Below are positions 45,476 through 55,872 of a stretch of DNA of 64,000 nucleotides, in pieces. Made by a program: the position numbers and the translations under genes. The first letter of the stretch is position 1, and each line of letters starts with the position of its first letter. The stretch spans positions 1,202-65,201 of the forward strand of contig JACOWN010000005.1 of assembly GCA_016176785.1 (NCBI GenBank), written 5' to 3'. This stretch comes from Parcubacteria group bacterium. GTDB taxonomy: Bacteria > Patescibacteriota > Minisyncoccia > Phycocordibacterales > UBA2135. The notes below the pieces were generated by a model that saw only the letters and a list, made by a program, of their open reading frames with translations, ran no database searches and was not told where the DNA came from.

Positions 45476-47059
45476 TTATCGGAACGCCTCTTCTTTCGGC
45501 CGATACCGGAGCGCCTCCAGGATGTGCTTTTCTTCAATGGTTTCGCTCGCATCCACGTCCGCGATAGTGCGGGCTAATTTAATGACGCGGTGATACGCGC
45601 GCGGCGAGAGGTCTATCGTGCGCGCCGAACGCATAAGCGTTTCTTCGGCGGTGCGCGCAAGACGCGCGTAACGCGGCAGTGTTTTCACGTTCATGCGCGC
45701 GTTGACGCGGAGGCGCGGCGTGTTCCCGAAACGCTCCGCTTGCCGTTCGCGCGCGCGGAGGACGACCGCGGCGGGTTCCGGCTCATCACCCGCGCGCGCG
45801 GAGGCGCGGTTCAACGAGAGTTCCTCATGGGGAAGGCGCGGCACCTCGATCCACATATCAATGCGGTCCATGATCGGACCGGAGAGTTTGCGGCGATATT
45901 TCTGAAGAGCGCTTTGCGTGCAGATGCATTCTTTTGTCGCGTCTCCTCGGAATCCGCACGGGCACGGATTGAACGCGGCAATGAGAATGAACTCGGCCGG
46001 AAACACCTCCGACCCCTTGATGCGCGCAATGTTCACCACGCCGTCTTCAAGCGGCTGGCGGAGCGACTCAATGACGCGCGTTTCAAACTCGGGGAACTCG
46101 TCAAGGAAAAGGACGCCGCGGTGCGCAAGCGTCGCTTCGCCCGGTTTGGGGAATGTGCCGCCGCCGATGATGGCGACGTGCGATGACGTGTGGTGCGGCG
46201 CGCGGAAAGGCGGCGCCACGATGAGGTCGTCCCCCAGTTTTCCAGCGACCGAATGGATGCCGGTCACCTCAAGCGCTTCGTCAAACGAGAGCGGCGGGAG
46301 AATTGACGAGAATGCCCGCGCAAGGAGCGTCTTGCCGGTTCCGGGCGGCCCGTAGAAGGCGATATTGTGCCCGCCGGCCGCCGCTATCACGAGACCGCGT
46401 TTGGCGCTTTCCTGACCGCGGATATCGGCAAACGACAGATCATCGCGGCCGCGGCTCGTAAACGGTCCAAAAGAAGTTTCCGGCTGCGCGGAGAGCGGCG
46501 CCCTCGGGATGCGGGGACCGTCCGTCCCGCGCTCTTTCTTCGTATTGATATGCCCGATGACGTCTTTCAGCGTGCGCGCGCCGTACACTGTTATGCCGCG
46601 GACAAGCGCCGCTTCTCGTGCGTTCGCTTCCGGCACGAATACCTCGGTAAAGCCCGAGGCGCGCGCGTGTTGGGCGAGCATAAGGACGCCGTGTGCGGGC
46701 CGCAATTCTCCCGCAAGCGACAGCTCTCCGATGAAAAGCCGTCCGTCCGCCGCAAATTGGATCTCATCAGTTGCGGCGAGATATGCGAGCGCGATGGGAA
46801 GGTCAAAAAGAGGCCCCTCTTTTTTTAGATCCGCCGGAGCCAATGAAACGACGACCTTGTGCTGTCCGTCGCTTTTGGGAGAGGACAAACCGGCGTTTTT
46901 GATCGCCGAAGAAACGCGGTCGCGCGATTCTTCCACTGCCTTATCCGGCAAACCGACGACTGAGAACGTATGAAATCCGCCGAAGATGTCAACCTCAATG
47001 GTTATGGTGTGCGCGCGGAGTCCGATTGTTTGCGCCGAATAAATGCGAGAAAGTTTCAT
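45476..47059 (-). CDS. comM: YifB/ComM-family Mg-chelatase-like AAA+ ATPase (competence-associated)
   Basis: N-terminal Lon-like/ChlI domain. Walker A GPPGTGKTLLA. Walker B LFLDEFPEF. C-terminal Mg_chelatase_C motif. Start at MKLSRIYSAQTIG. Confidence 0.88.
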   Translation of the reverse strand: MKLSRIYSAQTIGLRAHTITIEVDIFGGFHTFSVVGLPDKAVEESRDRVSSAIKNAGLSSPKSDGQHKVVVSLAPADLKKEGPLFDLPIALAYLAATDEIQFAADGRLFIGELSLAGELRPAHGVLMLAQHARASGFTEVFVPEANAREAALVRGITVYGARTLKDVIGHINTKKERGTDGPRIPRAPLSAQPETSFGPFTSRGRDDLSFADIRGQESAKRGLVIAAAGGHNIAFYGPPGTGKTLLARAFSSILPPLSFDEALEVTGIHSVAGKLGDDLIVAPPFRAPHHTSSHVAIIGGGTFPKPGEATLAHRGVLFLDEFPEFETRVIESLRQPLEDGVVNIARIKGSEVFPAEFILIAAFNPCPCGFRGDATKECICTQSALQKYRRKLSGPIMDRIDMWIEVPRLPHEELSLNRASARAGDEPEPAAVVLRARERQAERFGNTPRLRVNARMNVKTLPRYARLARTAEETLMRSARTIDLSPRAYHRVIKLARTIADVDASETIEEKHILEALRYRPKEEAFR

Positions 47060-47138
47060 AGGGCGAGTGTAGCAAGAGACAAACATCGCGACCACTTGCA
47101 GGAAAAACTCCCGCGTGTCGCGGGAGTTTTTCCGAGAG

Positions 47139-47501
47139 TCATTCATTCAAATGTTTGGTGCATGTACGCGCGGCGGGGTTTGCGCGGAGCCGTTCACGCT
47201 CAATTTCTTCGTTGCCGATCTCGCATATGCCGTATTTCCCGCGCACCATGCGCTCCAATGCGTCATTCACTTCTTGCAGCCGCTCCTCAAGAGTATCAGT
47301 AACGGCATGCCGTTCCTCCGTTTCCTCGTGTATGTCGGCAGCGGTATTCAAATCCGCGCGCTCGGTCGCTTCCTCTGCGGATTCTTTTGCGTCCCAATCT
47401 TCGGGATTCCGCGGATTGGGAGCGCCGACACTCGCAAGCTCCTTAAGGAGCAGCGCTTTTTCTTCTTCCAATTTTTGTTTGAAATAAGCGGTATCTATCA
47501 T
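47139..47501 (-). CDS. DksA/TraR-family C4-type zinc-finger protein
   Basis: Coiled-coil N-terminus. CEIGNEEIERERLRANPAARTCTKH zinc finger at the C-terminus. Confidence 0.65.
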   Translation of the reverse strand: MIDTAYFKQKLEEEKALLLKELASVGAPNPRNPEDWDAKESAEEATERADLNTAADIHEETEERHAVTDTLEERLQEVNDALERMVRGKYGICEIGNEEIERERLRANPAARTCTKHLNE

Positions 47502-47549
47502 ATCAAAATCCTATCGGAAAACGGGACGGGGCGCAACGCGAGGAAAATG

Positions 47550-48893
47550 TCAATCGGCGGAGCGGCGGGGCGCCGTAACGCGGCGGAACGCTTCATCAAA
47601 AGTCACTTCATTCGTCGCGAGAATGAGGGTTGAGGAATTGACGAACGAATAGAGAAGGATGATGCGGTTTGTGGAGTCGGTGAGCATCCGCGCGTCGTGA
47701 TTTTTGATGATGACGTCTTCAAAACGCCGCCCGCGAAGCTCCGTTTCTCGCGCCGACAGATCGAGGAGGGGCGCGAGATCGCGCACTATCGCCTGTTCCC
47801 ACGCGAGCATGCCGGAAAATGCGGTCTCAAGCCCGGCGATATGAGCGACGAGAAAAGGATAATTGCGGTCAAGCGTATGCATTCCGAATGCCGCCGCGTC
47901 AATGGAACGGGAAACTTCCGCGGGGATGGAATCGCCGATGAGCGAAAGGACATCGCGCACGGAAAGCGCCGTTTCCCCCGTCTCGTTCGCGTCGCCGCGG
48001 GGAAGATTTGACGCCTGTGTGGTGAAAGAAACGAGCGTTACGGCGTTCACGTTCGCCTGCGTGTTCTGGAGCGCGTTCCGGACGCCGTCGCCGATCGCCG
48101 TGCGCGAGAGGCGCGGCAGCGATACGGTGATTTTTTTGTCCGCCGAGAGAAGCGTTTTGTCCGTGGGCGCGGCAGACGGCGCGATTTCCTCTCCGCGCGC
48201 CGCCATAAACGCGTAGATGCCGACCCCGATGCTCAAGGTAACGAGGGCGATGCCACCCATAAGGAGCACTCGAGACGAGAAACGCGATTCCTGCGGCGCC
48301 TCAAACGAAGCGCCCCCTCCCCCTTCTTCGCGGCGCAACTGTTCCGCAACGGCGATATCGGCAAGCGATTTTTTTCCCGTCTCAATGGTTCCCGACACGT
48401 CGCTCTTATAGGTGCGTGATGCCTTGAGCCAAGTTTCTTCAGCCGTCTCTTTTTTTTCTTGTAACGGGATTTCCTGCGATACGGGTGTTGGCGAGGGCGG
48501 CGGCGGAGGCGGAGGAACGGCCGCCTCTTCTCTCTGCGAAGCCCGCGGCGTTTCATGCGACAGCGATGAGGGAGGCGTTTGAGGCTCCGCGCGTTCACTC
48601 ACCGCTTCCGTTCGCGGCGTCTCCGTCTTCTGCGCGGGAGGAAGCGGTTCATGCAGTATTTCGGCAACTTCCGCAACGAGCGGAGACGCCGGCACCGGCG
48701 TCATCTTTGCCGCGGGGCGTTCGGGCGGCGCGGGCGGCGGAGGAGGTTGCGGCAGGGGTGTTCGCGGCAGAGGCGCCGCGGCGCGCCCTTCGGGTGGCTC
48801 GTTATTGTTCATATGACCGAGAATGCCCGTGCGCTCCTCCGGTTTGAAAGAAGGAGGTGTGGGCCCGGCGTTCTGCGGCAGTATTGGTTCCAT
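47550..48893 (-). CDS. Proline-rich hypothetical membrane protein
   Basis: About 190 aa of PPPPP/AP-rich low-complexity sequence, one TM (LLMGGIALVTLSIGVGIYAF), then a ~200 aa C-terminal domain. Confidence 0.35.
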   Translation of the reverse strand: MEPILPQNAGPTPPSFKPEERTGILGHMNNNEPPEGRAAAPLPRTPLPQPPPPPAPPERPAAKMTPVPASPLVAEVAEILHEPLPPAQKTETPRTEAVSERAEPQTPPSSLSHETPRASQREEAAVPPPPPPPSPTPVSQEIPLQEKKETAEETWLKASRTYKSDVSGTIETGKKSLADIAVAEQLRREEGGGGASFEAPQESRFSSRVLLMGGIALVTLSIGVGIYAFMAARGEEIAPSAAPTDKTLLSADKKITVSLPRLSRTAIGDGVRNALQNTQANVNAVTLVSFTTQASNLPRGDANETGETALSVRDVLSLIGDSIPAEVSRSIDAAAFGMHTLDRNYPFLVAHIAGLETAFSGMLAWEQAIVRDLAPLLDLSARETELRGRRFEDVIIKNHDARMLTDSTNRIILLYSFVNSSTLILATNEVTFDEAFRRVTAPRRSAD

Positions 48894-48964
48894 ATTCCAT
48901 TAGTATACGGCATATCGGGACGCATTTCCTGTGAACAAAATATCCCCCGGGCGGGGGGACATTT

Positions 48965-51187
48965 TTAATACCTGCTCTGCCGCCTCGGCGGCCGCCGGTC
49001 GTCATCGCCGCGCCGGTTGTTAAGGCGAGGCGGCGCGGGCGGAAGACGTTTCAACGCTTCGGTGAAAAAGTTCGGGTCGGCTTGTTTTATGGAGAGATTA
49101 ACGCGCCCTTTTTCGTCGATCTCGGACACCACGACGGGCACGCGGTCGCCCTCTTTCACAAGGTCGGTAACCTGATTGATGCGCACGGGAGCGAATTCCG
49201 AGATGTGCACCAACCCTTCGGCGTGCGGGCTGATCTTCACCATCGCGCCGAAATCAAACAAGCGGCTTACCGTCCCCTCAAAACGCTCGCCGGGCCGATA
49301 CTCATGCACGACCTCTTCCACCATTTTTTCGGCTGCTTCCGCGGCGCCGTTCTTGCCGACGATGAAAATGGTACCGTCCTCCTCAATGTCGATCTCGGCG
49401 GACGTTTCCGCGATGATTTTATTGATCGTTTTTCCCGAGGGGCCGATGACGAGCCCGATTTTCTCAACCGGAATGTGTTTGACGAGGATCTTCGGCGCCG
49501 CGGGAGAAAGCGCCGGCCGCGGCGCGGGCAACGCGCGTTCCATGGCGTCAAGGACGGCGAGACGCGCCGCTTTCGCCTTGCGGAGCGCTTCGGAAAGGAT
49601 CGAGACCGGAATGCCGTCAACCTTAATATCCATCTGGATCGCCGTAATGCCGTCCCGCGTGCCCGCAACTTTGAAATCCATGTCGCCGTGATGGTCTTCC
49701 GGCCCTTGAATATCCGTCAGGATTTTATAGTTTGTGATTTGTCGGTCGCGGTCTTTGGTTCCGGATTTCGGATTTTCCAAAATAAGTCCCATTGCCATGC
49801 CGCCGACGGGCTTTGTGATGGGGACGCCCGCATCCATAAGCGCAAGCGTTCCCGCGCAGACCGAGCCCATTGATGTTGAACCGTTCGACGAGAGCACTTC
49901 GGAAACGATGCGGATGGTATAGGGGAATGTTTCTTTGGGAGGAATGACGGATGAAAGCGCCTTTTCGGCAAGCGCGCCGTGGCCGATCATGCGGCGGTTC
50001 ATGCCGCCGATGCGCCCCGTCTCTCCGGATGAGAACGGCGGAAAATTGTAGTGGTGCATGAATCGCTTCTGGGTGCGGACCTCCATACCCTCAACGAGCT
50101 GCGCATCCCCCGGTCCGCCGAGCGTCAAGATTGAAAGCACGTGCGTTTGCCCGCGATAGAAAAGTCCAGTCCCGTGAAGCACGGGCGAAATGCCGCCCGC
50201 TTGCGCATAGAGCGGCCGGATCTCGTCCATACCCCTGCCGTCGGGGCGCCTGTTATTCTCAAGCGCCTCGCGGTGGATGAGTTCGTCAACGCGTTCTTCA
50301 AAATAATTTCCGGCAACGTCGGGATTTCCCTCAGGCGCCGCCTCTTCGTAGAGCGCAAGCCATTCGGCCTTGAGGTCGGTATGCGCTTCGTCTTTCGGTC
50401 CGAATGTCGCCGCTTCAAGGCGCGGCGCGATCTTTTCTCGGTACAACGACAAAAGCGTCCCGTCGGGTTCGTCATGCGCGATCGTCCGCTTTGTCTTTCC
50501 GACCTCCGCGATTATCTTTTTTTGGAACGCCTGCAATTTTTCAATTTCCTCAATCGCACGCGCGAACGCCGCGTCCATTATTTCCTCGCTGACATCGCGG
50601 GCGCCCGCTTCTATCATGACCAAATTGCCGTCTTTGCCGCACATGATCGCGTCAAGTTCGCCCGCGCCGTTGTTTCTGTGTTTGTATTCAGGATTGATGG
50701 CGAATCCGCCGTCATCCGCATGTTTGTCAATGCGGATTGCCGACACGGGCCCTCCCCACGGAATGTCGGACGTTGCGAGCGCAAGCGAGGCGGCGTTTAT
50801 GGCGAGAACGTCCGGATCATCGTCGCCGAGAGAGATAACGGTGATCACCACCTGCACTTCATTGCGCAGGCGCTGGTCGAAAAACGGGCGAATGGTGCGG
50901 TCCACCGCCCTGCCGCCGAGGACCGCTTCGTCCGACGGACGCCCCTCGCGCCGGACGAACCTGCTGCCGAGAATTTCTCCCGCGGCATAAAATTTTTCTT
51001 CGTAATCAACGACGAGAGGGAAAAAATCGATCCCCTCGCGCTTTTGCGCCGATATGACCGCGGTGGCGAGCACGGTCGTGTTGCCGTACGAAAGCAAGAC
51101 CGAGCCGTTCGCCTTTTCCGCAAGGTCGCTGAAAACGGCGGTCAGTTGTTTCCCCGCCACTTCAAGCGCAAACTCTTTTTTCTGCAT
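48965..51187 (-). CDS. pnp: Polyribonucleotide nucleotidyltransferase (PNPase)
   Basis: Two RNase PH domains, KH and S1 domains (GTVSRLFDFGAMVKI). Extra basic C-terminal tail. Confidence 0.93.
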   Translation of the reverse strand: MQKKEFALEVAGKQLTAVFSDLAEKANGSVLLSYGNTTVLATAVISAQKREGIDFFPLVVDYEEKFYAAGEILGSRFVRREGRPSDEAVLGGRAVDRTIRPFFDQRLRNEVQVVITVISLGDDDPDVLAINAASLALATSDIPWGGPVSAIRIDKHADDGGFAINPEYKHRNNGAGELDAIMCGKDGNLVMIEAGARDVSEEIMDAAFARAIEEIEKLQAFQKKIIAEVGKTKRTIAHDEPDGTLLSLYREKIAPRLEAATFGPKDEAHTDLKAEWLALYEEAAPEGNPDVAGNYFEERVDELIHREALENNRRPDGRGMDEIRPLYAQAGGISPVLHGTGLFYRGQTHVLSILTLGGPGDAQLVEGMEVRTQKRFMHHYNFPPFSSGETGRIGGMNRRMIGHGALAEKALSSVIPPKETFPYTIRIVSEVLSSNGSTSMGSVCAGTLALMDAGVPITKPVGGMAMGLILENPKSGTKDRDRQITNYKILTDIQGPEDHHGDMDFKVAGTRDGITAIQMDIKVDGIPVSILSEALRKAKAARLAVLDAMERALPAPRPALSPAAPKILVKHIPVEKIGLVIGPSGKTINKIIAETSAEIDIEEDGTIFIVGKNGAAEAAEKMVEEVVHEYRPGERFEGTVSRLFDFGAMVKISPHAEGLVHISEFAPVRINQVTDLVKEGDRVPVVVSEIDEKGRVNLSIKQADPNFFTEALKRLPPAPPRLNNRRGDDDRRPPRRQSRY

Positions 51188-51338
51188 ACCGTATATTGTA
51201 TGCCGTAACCTTCAGATTTTAGAATTGAAGCACGGTTCAATCCTACCTATCCGAAGGCCAAGGCCTTCGCGCTTAGCGATTAATACTATTCAATATTCAC
51301 AAAGTAGCACAACCGCATTCTTTTTCAAGATGTGGTGC

Positions 51339-51448
51339 CGTTTGTTCAACACCCGATGTTGAACAAACCAAAACCGGCCGTGTCGGCCGGTTTTGGTGCG
51401 GCTGGGTGCCGCTGTTCTTTTTTTGTTCAACATCGGGTGTTGAACAAA
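51339..51448. promoter_or_regulatory. pnp leader / intergenic structured element: 27-bp inverted repeats (TGTTCAACA-cccga-TGTTGAACA and its reverse complement) flanking two GC hairpins
   Basis: GTTTGTTCAACACCCGATGTTGAACAAAC (51339-51367) and TTTGTTCAACATCGGGTGTTGAACAAA (51421-51448). Central hairpin CCAAAACCGGCCG-tgtc-GGCCGGTTTTGG (51367-51396) and GCGGC-tgggt-GCCGC plus a T-run (51397-51420). Confidence 0.5.
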
Positions 51449-51452
51449 AGGG

Positions 51453-51968
51453 TTAGCGCTTCCTTCCGTTCCCGATGAGGAACTTTTTCGGGTCTTCGCC
51501 GAGGTCGGTGAAAGCGTCCGCAACCTCTTTCAGTTTGCCGGACGCGGAACGGCTGAAAGCGACAACCTCAACTTGGCAGTGCGCCTTGAGATATTCAACG
51601 AGCGGCACGAAGTCGCCGTCGCCGGAAACGATGACCACGACATCCAACTTCGGTGAGAACTTGATGGCATCAACCGCGAGCCCGACGTCCCAGTCGGCTT
51701 TCTTGGCGCCGCCGAAGAACGTTTGGAGCGGTTTGGTCTTCGTCTCAATCCCCGCTTTTTCAAGCGCCTCAAAGAACGCCCGCTCCTCCCCCGTTTCCGT
51801 CGTGATGACGTAGGCGATGGCGCGCACCAGCTGTCTCCCCGCAACCGCTTCTTTCACGACGGCGCCGAAATTGACGCGCGCATTATGCAAATTTCTCGCG
51901 CTGTGATAGAGATTTTGCGTGTCTATAAAAACGCCGACGCGCTGATTTTTATGTTTAATGATAGTCAT
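51453..51968 (-). CDS. NYN-domain (LabA-like) protein
   Basis: VGVFIDTQNLYHS...DVVVIVSGDGDFVPLV matches the PIN-like NYN acidic-residue pattern. Confidence 0.7.
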   Translation of the reverse strand: MTIIKHKNQRVGVFIDTQNLYHSARNLHNARVNFGAVVKEAVAGRQLVRAIAYVITTETGEERAFFEALEKAGIETKTKPLQTFFGGAKKADWDVGLAVDAIKFSPKLDVVVIVSGDGDFVPLVEYLKAHCQVEVVAFSRSASGKLKEVADAFTDLGEDPKKFLIGNGRKR

Positions 51969-52096
51969 ATTAAAAAAATTTTTACCCGTTAGCTTTTAGC
52001 TTAAAGTAACTTCGACCTTTCTACAATTCTACAATATACAAACAGCCCCCCGGGGCCGTCTGTGTGAATATCCGATTCCGTTTTCGACGGAACGGT

Positions 52097-52363
52097 TCAT
52101 TTGAGTCCGAGTTTTTTGACGAGCGTGCCGTACCGCTTCTCGCTTTTCTTTTTGAGATAGCGGAGATGCTTCTGGCGGTCCGCAACCATCTGGAGAAGCC
52201 CCCGCCGCGAGTGCTTGTCTTTGCGATTCTTTTTCAAATGCGTCGCCAATGCCGCGATCTGCTTCGTCAAAAGGGCAACCTGAACCTCGGGCGACCCCGT
52301 GTCCCCCTCTTTGGCGGCGAAACTCTTAAAAATGTTTTCCTTTTGCCGTTTTGAAAGCATGCT
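52097..52363 (-). CDS. rpsO: 30S ribosomal protein S15
   Basis: MLSKRQKENIFKSFAAKEGDTGSPEVQVALLTKQIAALATHLKKNRKDKHSRRGLLQMV is canonical S15. The track ORF starts upstream at 52411. Confidence 0.9.
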   Translation of the reverse strand, partial: SMLSKRQKENIFKSFAAKEGDTGSPEVQVALLTKQIAALATHLKKNRKDKHSRRGLLQMVADRQKHLRYLKKKSEKRYGTLVKKLGLK

Positions 52364-52504
52364 GTAACTATAGCATAAAACATTAGAAAATGCAAGTCCC
52401 CGCTGTGTCAATGCCCGCTTCGTCTATCTACTGTCAAAAGCGCAAAAATCGCAGGCAATGTTTCGGATTTTCAGTACAAACAACGCGCGCGGGCTTCTGG
52501 TACA

Positions 52505-53422
52505 ATGAAATTAATGTCGCACAATCTTCGGGGACTCAAAAAAGAGTTTTTGGAATATCTTGAAATAGAAAAAGGGCGCGCGGCGCGCACCATTGAATTG
52601 TACGACCAGTATCTCGGCAGGTTTCTCCGCTTCCCCGGCCTCAAAAACGCCGCCGACATCACGGACGAATCGGTGCGTCGTTATCGGCTTGCCTTAAACC
52701 GCGCGGGAATGTCCAAAAAAACGCAGAATTTTTACCTCATTGCGTTGCGGCAGTTTTTGAAGTTTTGTGCGCGCCGCGGCATCGCGTCGCTTCCCGCAGA
52801 ACGCATAGAACTTGCGAAACAAAGCGACCGCGACCTTGACCTCATTTCTTCGGATGAGCTTGAACGCCTGCTCGCCGCGCCGTCCGGTTCCGATGAAAAA
52901 AATCTTCGCGACCGCGCCTTGCTTGAGCTCCTTTTTTCAACCGGTCTTCGCGTTTCGGAACTTTGCGCGCTCTCGCGGCATCTTGACTGGAGCCGCGATG
53001 AGATCTCCGTGCGCGGCAAGGGCGGCAAGGTGCGTCTCGTGTTCCTTTCGCCGCGCGCGAAAAGCGCGGTTAAGGCGTACCTCGCGAAGCGTTCTGACAT
53101 CGGCGACGCGCTCTTCGCGCAGGCGGAGCGTCGTGCGAAAAACAAAAGCGTATCCGAGCCGCGCCGCATCACGCCGCGGCTTGTGGAACGCATCGTGAAG
53201 CACCACGCGATACGGGCCGGCATTGATAAGCGGGTGACGCCGCACATGCTTCGGCACATGTTCGCGACCGACCTCCTCCAAAACGGCGCCGACCTTCGTT
53301 CCGTCCAAGCGCTTCTGGGGCATGCGCACATTGCAACGACACAGGTCTATACGCACGTAACGGACAAGCACCTGAAAGACATCCACCGCGCCTTTCACGG
53401 GAAAGGGCTTGGGGAAAAATAA
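52505..53422 (+). CDS. Tyrosine site-specific recombinase (XerC/XerD-like)
   Basis: N-terminal SAM-like core-binding domain. Catalytic R...K...HMLRH..AT..L..G.DLRSVQALLGHAHIATTQVYTHV with the Tyr nucleophile. Confidence 0.85.
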   Translation: MKLMSHNLRGLKKEFLEYLEIEKGRAARTIELYDQYLGRFLRFPGLKNAADITDESVRRYRLALNRAGMSKKTQNFYLIALRQFLKFCARRGIASLPAERIELAKQSDRDLDLISSDELERLLAAPSGSDEKNLRDRALLELLFSTGLRVSELCALSRHLDWSRDEISVRGKGGKVRLVFLSPRAKSAVKAYLAKRSDIGDALFAQAERRAKNKSVSEPRRITPRLVERIVKHHAIRAGIDKRVTPHMLRHMFATDLLQNGADLRSVQALLGHAHIATTQVYTHVTDKHLKDIHRAFHGKGLGEK

Positions 53423-53508
53423 CGTGGGCATGCCCGCGCGGCGAAAAAAGCCAATTGACATCGGTGTTTTTAACTGGTATATTGCAAACGGCTCAAACGT
53501 GAAAATTA

Positions 53509-54264
53509 GTGGAGGATGCGGTGAACAAACATCAAGGGATTGCGGCCCCGCGCCTTCGGGGGGTCGCATCGGTCGTGCTTCTTCGGTTCGGGAGAACCGG
53601 AAAACTCGGCCGAACGGGCGACCTTCTTGTCTGCCTGGTCGGGGAACGCAAAGAGCGTAAGTTCACGGATATCGCAGTGTCCGGCGGAGACGGCGAGGAA
53701 CGCCACATCATCGTCGGCGGCGACTTCGGGCTTCCGGGCGGTAAAATCGAGGACGGCGAGACCCCCGAGCAAGCCGCATGCCGCGAGGGCGAGGAAGAAT
53801 CGTGGATGCGTTTTGGACCGGAGGAACTTTTTCCGCTCGGCTCGTTCCACAAACGAGCGTACGGGGAATCTGACGAAAGAGGCGTCCGAGAAGTCATCGG
53901 CAGGTACCCGCACCATTTCTTTGCGGTGTGGGGAGGCGAGAAAAAGATGGTCCGGCCGGAAACCTGGACCATTCAAGAAACGAGCAGGCCGTTTTGGGAA
54001 TCGTTTGTAGAGGCGGTAGCGGAGGGGCGGGTCATAATGCACGGCTCGCACCGTCAGGCGACCCTTGAGGGGGTTTGCCGCATCGCGAACCTGTATCTTC
54101 TCGGAAGAGATTGCAACCACCCCCTTATGCAGAAACTTCGCGCCGCCGCATCGCGAAGCGCAGCGGCGCGCGAAACGTTGGATGGGCTTGCGCGCGGCCT
54201 CGCGCACTCCCTACTCACCCCGATGCTTAGCTTGCCCACTTCCATTTCCATACCCCGTTTGTAA
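53509..54264 (+). CDS. NUDIX hydrolase
   Basis: Nudix box LPGGKIEDGETPEQAACREGEEESW. GTG at 53521 has GGAGGA 4 nt upstream and may be the real start. Confidence 0.65.
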   Translation: MEDAVNKHQGIAAPRLRGVASVVLLRFGRTGKLGRTGDLLVCLVGERKERKFTDIAVSGGDGEERHIIVGGDFGLPGGKIEDGETPEQAACREGEEESWMRFGPEELFPLGSFHKRAYGESDERGVREVIGRYPHHFFAVWGGEKKMVRPETWTIQETSRPFWESFVEAVAEGRVIMHGSHRQATLEGVCRIANLYLLGRDCNHPLMQKLRAAASRSAAARETLDGLARGLAHSLLTPMLSLPTSISIPRL

Positions 54265-54345
54265 GCGGTGGTAAATGTCTTGACCGAGTAGCCCTTCGCG
54301 TGAGCGAAGGGCTTTTCATTTGTTTTTTCTCCGCCGACTGCCGCA

Positions 54346-55812
54346 TTATTTCACCCCGTATTTTTTCCTGATTATCGCAAGTTCTTTTTCCTCCTCCTCA
54401 AGTCGCTTTTCCTTCCCTTTCTCCCCCGATTTTTGCAGCTCATCGTCCGTAAGCGCGGCTAATTCTCTGACGCGCCGTTCCAAAAATTTTGCTTCATTCC
54501 TCGTCGGGTCATCAAGCACGTCCTCAAGGAGCGCATGGAGCATCCACCCGATGCGGGGCCCCGGTTTTTCGTCGGTAATTTCCATGACGCGCGCGCCCCC
54601 AGTCGCGAGCATGCCCACGGACACGGGCGCGCGCGTCGCTTCTTCTATCATTGATTCATATTTGCGAAGACGGTATGGTTTTTCTTTCGGCCGCCCCATT
54701 CCTATCCGGTCTGAGGCGCGGACCTTCATCAAGTCCCACACGTTTTCCGGCCCGACGTTCCGCACCAGCCGCCGTACGGCGGAAAGGGTGATGGCATCAA
54801 TGTCGGTGAAGAACATGTGCCAGCGCACAAGCTTGGTCACGGTATCAATCGTTTCGTTCCCGTATTTGAGCCGTCTCATGATTTCTTTCGCCATTCTGGC
54901 GCCGACAACGTCATGGCCGTAAAACGTCCAGTCGTTTTTTTCTTTTGACCATTCGCGCGTGCGCGGTTTGCCGATATCGTGGAAAAGCGCGGCAAGGCGC
55001 ACGTGAAGCGGCCATCCGCGCTCCGCGGAGTGTTGGAGCGCGCGGAGCGTGTGTTCCCACACGTCGTAAATGTGGTCGGCGTTTTGCTCCACGCCTATCC
55101 CCTCTTCCAATTCCGGCGCAACATATTGCAAAAGGCCGTATTCGTGGAGCAGTTTGATGCCGTGCATCGGGTTGGGCGACATGACGATGCGTGAAAATTC
55201 ATCCTCTACGCGTTCTTTTGCGATCAACTCCAGGTTTCCGGCGAGTTTTTTGATCGCATCAGCCGTATCGGTCTCAACGGTAAAGTTCAATTCCGCCGCG
55301 AGGCGCACCGCGCGCATACTGCGAAGGGCGTCTTCGCCTATTCGTTCCTTGGGGTTTCCGACGGCGCGGATTATCTTGTCTTTGAGGTCCTGTTCGCCGC
55401 GGAAATAATCAAAAACGTCATGGCTCACGGGGTCGTAGGCGAACGCGTTTATCGTAAAGTCGCGGCGCTTGAGGTCGTCTTCCAGTTTTTCGGCAAAAAC
55501 GACGGAATCGGGGCGGCGTTTATCCGAATATTTTTCTTCAATGCGGTACGGCGTCACTTCCACCACCTTGAGCGTGTCATCTTCCGCGCCCTCGTTCACC
55601 ACTCCCACCGTGCCGTATTCGTTTTCGTAGAACGTGTGCGGGAAAAACCCCTGAATTTTTTCGGGCGTCGCGTTCGTCGTTACGTCCCAGTCGCGCGGTT
55701 TCCTTCCCATGAACAGATCCCGCGTGCATCCGCCGACGAGGTATGCTTCAAACCCCGCTTTCTGCAGCGTTTTCACCGCATCCAGTATTTCTTTCGGCAC
55801 GATAAATTGCAT
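54346..55812 (-). CDS. cca: CCA-adding tRNA nucleotidyltransferase with HD domain
   Basis: Pol-beta NT motif GGCTRDLFMGRKPRDWDVTT. RxxRFxAxxL-type head. HD motif LFHDIGK. Confidence 0.88.
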   Translation of the reverse strand: MQFIVPKEILDAVKTLQKAGFEAYLVGGCTRDLFMGRKPRDWDVTTNATPEKIQGFFPHTFYENEYGTVGVVNEGAEDDTLKVVEVTPYRIEEKYSDKRRPDSVVFAEKLEDDLKRRDFTINAFAYDPVSHDVFDYFRGEQDLKDKIIRAVGNPKERIGEDALRSMRAVRLAAELNFTVETDTADAIKKLAGNLELIAKERVEDEFSRIVMSPNPMHGIKLLHEYGLLQYVAPELEEGIGVEQNADHIYDVWEHTLRALQHSAERGWPLHVRLAALFHDIGKPRTREWSKEKNDWTFYGHDVVGARMAKEIMRRLKYGNETIDTVTKLVRWHMFFTDIDAITLSAVRRLVRNVGPENVWDLMKVRASDRIGMGRPKEKPYRLRKYESMIEEATRAPVSVGMLATGGARVMEITDEKPGPRIGWMLHALLEDVLDDPTRNEAKFLERRVRELAALTDDELQKSGEKGKEKRLEEEEKELAIIRKKYGVK

Positions 55813-55872
55813 GCCCGTATCTTATTATATTTTTTGATTTTTCACTAATTTTGTCGTATCATTCGGCTACTC

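Noticed and set aside
50141-51208. 355-aa plus-strand ORF antisense to pnp
   Set aside because: pnp is unambiguous. The antisense ORF is Arg-rich low-complexity sequence.
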